Positions 51,805 through 54,242 of a DNA stretch of 54,242 nucleotides are shown here, piece after piece; position 1 is the stretch's first letter, and each line of letters opens with the position of its first letter. Below the pieces are notes generated by a model. That model worked only from the letters and a program-made list of their open reading frames with translations, made no database searches and had not been told where the DNA came from. The position numbers and the translations under genes were made by a program. Origin of the DNA: a virus. Taxonomy: Duplodnaviria > Caudoviricetes. The stretch is from positions 1-54,242 of IMG/VR virus record IMGVR_UViG_3300045837_000080. The stretch is one strand, 5' to 3'.

Positions 51805-52421
51805 GGCGTCCCGATCACCCCGTCCATCCAGCGCAGCACCATCTCCCCGGCGAAAAACTCCATGACGGCAGACGGGCGCCTGCCCTGGTCGTCCTTGCAC
51901 TTGCCGTTGATGCAGCGGATCTCGCCGTGCCCGTCGGTGTTGAACGGGCACATCCGCAGGGTCTTCAGCTTGCACCAGGGGCACGGGCGCTCCGCCTCGC
52001 CTGCCTGCCGGGGCAGCCTTTTCGGGATCTCGATCTCATTCAGGGCGATGCCGGCGCTGCGCGACCATCTCTCCAGCTCCCGGGCGTTCATCCGGACATA
52101 GTCGTCATCCGCTTTCTCCGCGAGGCTGATCACCGCCTCCAGCGCCTTGCGGGTGTTCCCCGGGGAGCTTCCCCGTTCCCTCGGGGGCAGCCCCAGGTCA
52201 TGGCGCATGTCCCGTTCCAGCTTGCGGGCGAGCGCATGCAGGGCGAGAAACGCCGACGCCGCCGGGGCGTGCCACGGGGGCTGGGAGAAATCCACTTTCC
52301 CGTGGAACGTCCCCGACGGCTGCCGGGATTTCACGTGGGTCAGCTCGCCCAGCCGGTCATGGAGGCTGAGCGCGTGATCGACGGTGTCGCGCAGGTCGTC
52401 GCGGAGGCTCTGCAGGTGCAC
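51801..52421 (-). CDS. zinc-ribbon-containing hypothetical protein (possible transcription regulator)
   Basis: SQPPW, CPWC..TL, C.N..C; start uncertain. Confidence 0.55.
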   Translation of the reverse strand: MHLQSLRDDLRDTVDHALSLHDRLGELTHVKSRQPSGTFHGKVDFSQPPWHAPAASAFLALHALARKLERDMRHDLGLPPRERGSSPGNTRKALEAVISLAEKADDDYVRMNARELERWSRSAGIALNEIEIPKRLPRQAGEAERPCPWCKLKTLRMCPFNTDGHGEIRCINGKCKDDQGRRPSAVMEFFAGEMVLRWMDGVIGTP

Positions 52422-52431
52422 GTATCCATGA

Positions 52432-52626
52432 TTACCCGATTTCCCGGTGGAATTCCAGTACCATCCGCACCGAATCCGGGTCAGAGGCGAAAAGATGCTC
52501 CCCGTCTTTGCGGCAGGGGACGAACCGCTTATGCACCGTGCACACTTCCGGGGGAAGGTCATACAGCTTCAGTTCTTCTGCCAGCCGTATCATCTCCCGC
52601 AGGGCTTCCTCTCTTTCTTCCGTCAT
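52432..52626 (-). CDS. small hypothetical protein
   Basis: ATGA coupling; C..HKRFVPCR. Confidence 0.55.
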   Translation of the reverse strand: MTEEREEALREMIRLAEELKLYDLPPEVCTVHKRFVPCRKDGEHLFASDPDSVRMVLEFHREIG

Positions 52627-52973
52627 TCCATTTCCCGGACGATCGCCATCGCCAGGAACACCTTCAGCTGCTGCTCCGAGGGCAGTTCCCACAGCCCTTT
52701 CATGTTCGGGTGGGTCTTCGCCGCGTAATCCTTCTCCTCGCCCGGGGTCCAGCCGCGCCGCGCCATCCACTCCACCCAGTGCTCCTGCACCTGCTCGGGG
52801 CTGGCGCCCTGCCGGATCAGCCGCACCCGGGCGATGATGAAATCCTGCTCATCGCCGGTCAGGGTGTCCCAGGGTCCTTCCGGGGACGGGTCATCCAGCC
52901 GGGCGTTCAGCCGGATGTGCGCCCCGTGGACCACGTCCGCGATCTCCTCGTCGGTGAACTCGCGCTCCGCCAT
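52623..52973 (-). CDS. RyR-domain protein
   Basis: EHW..M..GWTPGE.KD..KTHP.M...ELP..QQ.K. Confidence 0.8.
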   Translation of the reverse strand: MAEREFTDEEIADVVHGAHIRLNARLDDPSPEGPWDTLTGDEQDFIIARVRLIRQGASPEQVQEHWVEWMARRGWTPGEEKDYAAKTHPNMKGLWELPSEQQLKVFLAMAIVREME

Positions 52974-52992
52974 CGTCTTCTCCTTTCATGAC

Positions 52993-53036
52993 GCAGCCCC
53001 GGAGAGGGCGGGTGAACCTTGCCTCTCCGGGGCTGC
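52993..53036 (-). terminator. 15-bp hairpin after the Ro60 gene
   Basis: GCAGCCCCGGAGAGG / CCTCTCCGGGGCTGC. Confidence 0.55.
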
Positions 53037-53060
53037 TGCTGTCACCCTGGATCTTCCAGG

Positions 53061-54242
53061 TTACTCATTCCCGCTGCGGAACACGGCGTCCCAGTCCGCG
53101 CTGCGCCCCTGCTCGATCCGCTGCATGACCGCGAAGCTGGCGTCGGTCAGCCCTGCCAGCGCCACCCGGTTCCCTCCAGTGGCGAACGCGCCGAACGTGT
53201 TCCCCGCCAGGTTCCAGGCGTACACCGGGGTGCTCGCCGGCAGGGCGGTGGTGATATCCCCGATCTGATGCCGCCAGCCCCCATTCCACCCCGGACCGCC
53301 CGGCAGGGTCTGCTCGTCGGTGAAGATCACCACCCGGTCGTGCCGGGCGGAGTCGAAGCACTGGCGCAGGTTCTGCTCGATCGCCGTCCCGTGCCCGACG
53401 ATCCCGATCTTGCCGACGACGTTCTGCGCCATCCGCAGCAGGGAGTACCCCGGGTCCTCGATGCCTTCCAGCCGGAAATGCCCGGGGCTGGAATGCCGCG
53501 CGCCCAGCCAGTTCGTGCTGGTTCCCGGCGGGTCCGCGAACCCGAACACCTCCACCCGCCCGGGGTTCGCCCGTGCCAGCGCCAGGGCGAACAGGGCTGC
53601 CGCCATCACCCGGTTCGGGTAGACCGCCGTGTCCTTGTTCTTGTCCCTCCTGCCTTCCCTGCCCGGCGGGCGGGACAGCTGGTTCTGCATCGACCCGGAC
53701 ATGTCGATCATCACGAGAGTGTTCCCGGACAGGACGGGGATGTTCCTGATCGAGAGCGACAGCGCGGTCTCCAGCGCTTCGGACCAGCGCACCGAATGGG
53801 TGTTCAGGTACGCGGACAGGAACCGGAACGGCAACTGGCGGCTGCCCCTCACCTCCTGCGGATCGATGATGATCTCCTTGACCAGGGCGGCGGTGGCGTC
53901 CTTGATGCCAGCACTGTCGAAGTTGCGCAGGTTGCGGATCAGCGCCATGTAGCCCATCTGCGGGATGACCAGCTCCCAGCGCTCCCGCTCGGACAGCGCC
54001 GTCTTCAGATCCTTCGCGCCCTCGCCCAGCCAGGAGGTCACCCACTCCCACTGCCCGGCGGCAGCCAGCCGGATCTCCCGCGCGTCCGGGCTCTCCCGGT
54101 CCCGCAGGACCCCCGCCGCCATCGCATGACGCTCAGCGGGGGACAGCAGGGAGCATCTGCGCCGGGCGGCGATCCCCGGGAGGTTCCCGGTGTGCCCCTT
54201 CTCCCGCGCGGCATCGCCGAGGATGTCCGCGCCGTGGTGCCG
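53061..54242 (-). CDS. Ro60/Rsr TROVE-domain RNA-binding protein (5'-truncated by the window)
   Basis: MGYMALIRNLRNFD, SRQLPFRF.SAY, vWA DMSGSM, GT, FTDEQ, WNLAG; frame open to the window edge. Confidence 0.93.
   Translation of the reverse strand, partial: RHHGADILGDAAREKGHTGNLPGIAARRRCSLLSPAERHAMAAGVLRDRESPDAREIRLAAAGQWEWVTSWLGEGAKDLKTALSERERWELVIPQMGYMALIRNLRNFDSAGIKDATAALVKEIIIDPQEVRGSRQLPFRFLSAYLNTHSVRWSEALETALSLSIRNIPVLSGNTLVMIDMSGSMQNQLSRPPGREGRRDKNKDTAVYPNRVMAAALFALALARANPGRVEVFGFADPPGTSTNWLGARHSSPGHFRLEGIEDPGYSLLRMAQNVVGKIGIVGHGTAIEQNLRQCFDSARHDRVVIFTDEQTLPGGPGWNGGWRHQIGDITTALPASTPVYAWNLAGNTFGAFATGGNRVALAGLTDASFAVMQRIEQGRSADWDAVFRSGNE

Noticed and set aside
52975-53060. Y RNA downstream of Ro60
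   Set aside because: Only simple hairpins; no T-loop or Ro-binding motif seen
1-54242. CRISPR array, integrase, IS element, tRNA-Leu(TAA)
   Set aside because: None seen in this window; a TAA-anticodon tRNA elsewhere in the genome would matter for the bypass model and should be checked

Overview
High-GC segment of a tailed actinobacterial phage genome, probably a siphovirus. Bases 1-2.6 kb (+ strand) hold a tRNA array: Arg-ACG, Val-CAC, His-GTG, Tyr-GTA, Cys-GCA and two structurally aberrant Arg tRNAs. It is interleaved with a TrmH/SpoU methyltransferase, small ORFs and an unexplained structured RNA. Most of the rest is on the - strand, in this order: Ro60/TROVE, RyR-domain protein, Rpf-LysM, large terminase, a first virion-appendage module, a portal-MuF-NUDIX-ParB-like-HiPIP-like fusion, prohead protease/scaffold, major capsid, a sugar-synthesis and glycosyltransferase cluster, head-tail and tail genes, tape measure, a second appendage module, lysis genes, a dNTP diphosphohydrolase and an EndoVII-dCMP deaminase fusion. 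Several homing endonucleases are inserted, four of them with their own leaderless promoters. The most striking signal is that two genes in the virion operon (a head-tail connector and a GT4 glycosyltransferase) are broken near their 5' ends by the same architecture: an NNT take-off codon, the rare TTA codon, then a synonymous NNC landing codon 5-7 nt downstream in the correct frame. This looks like programmed ribosomal bypassing gated by UUA-tRNA scarcity. All calls come from reading the sequence by eye; no searches or folding programs were run.
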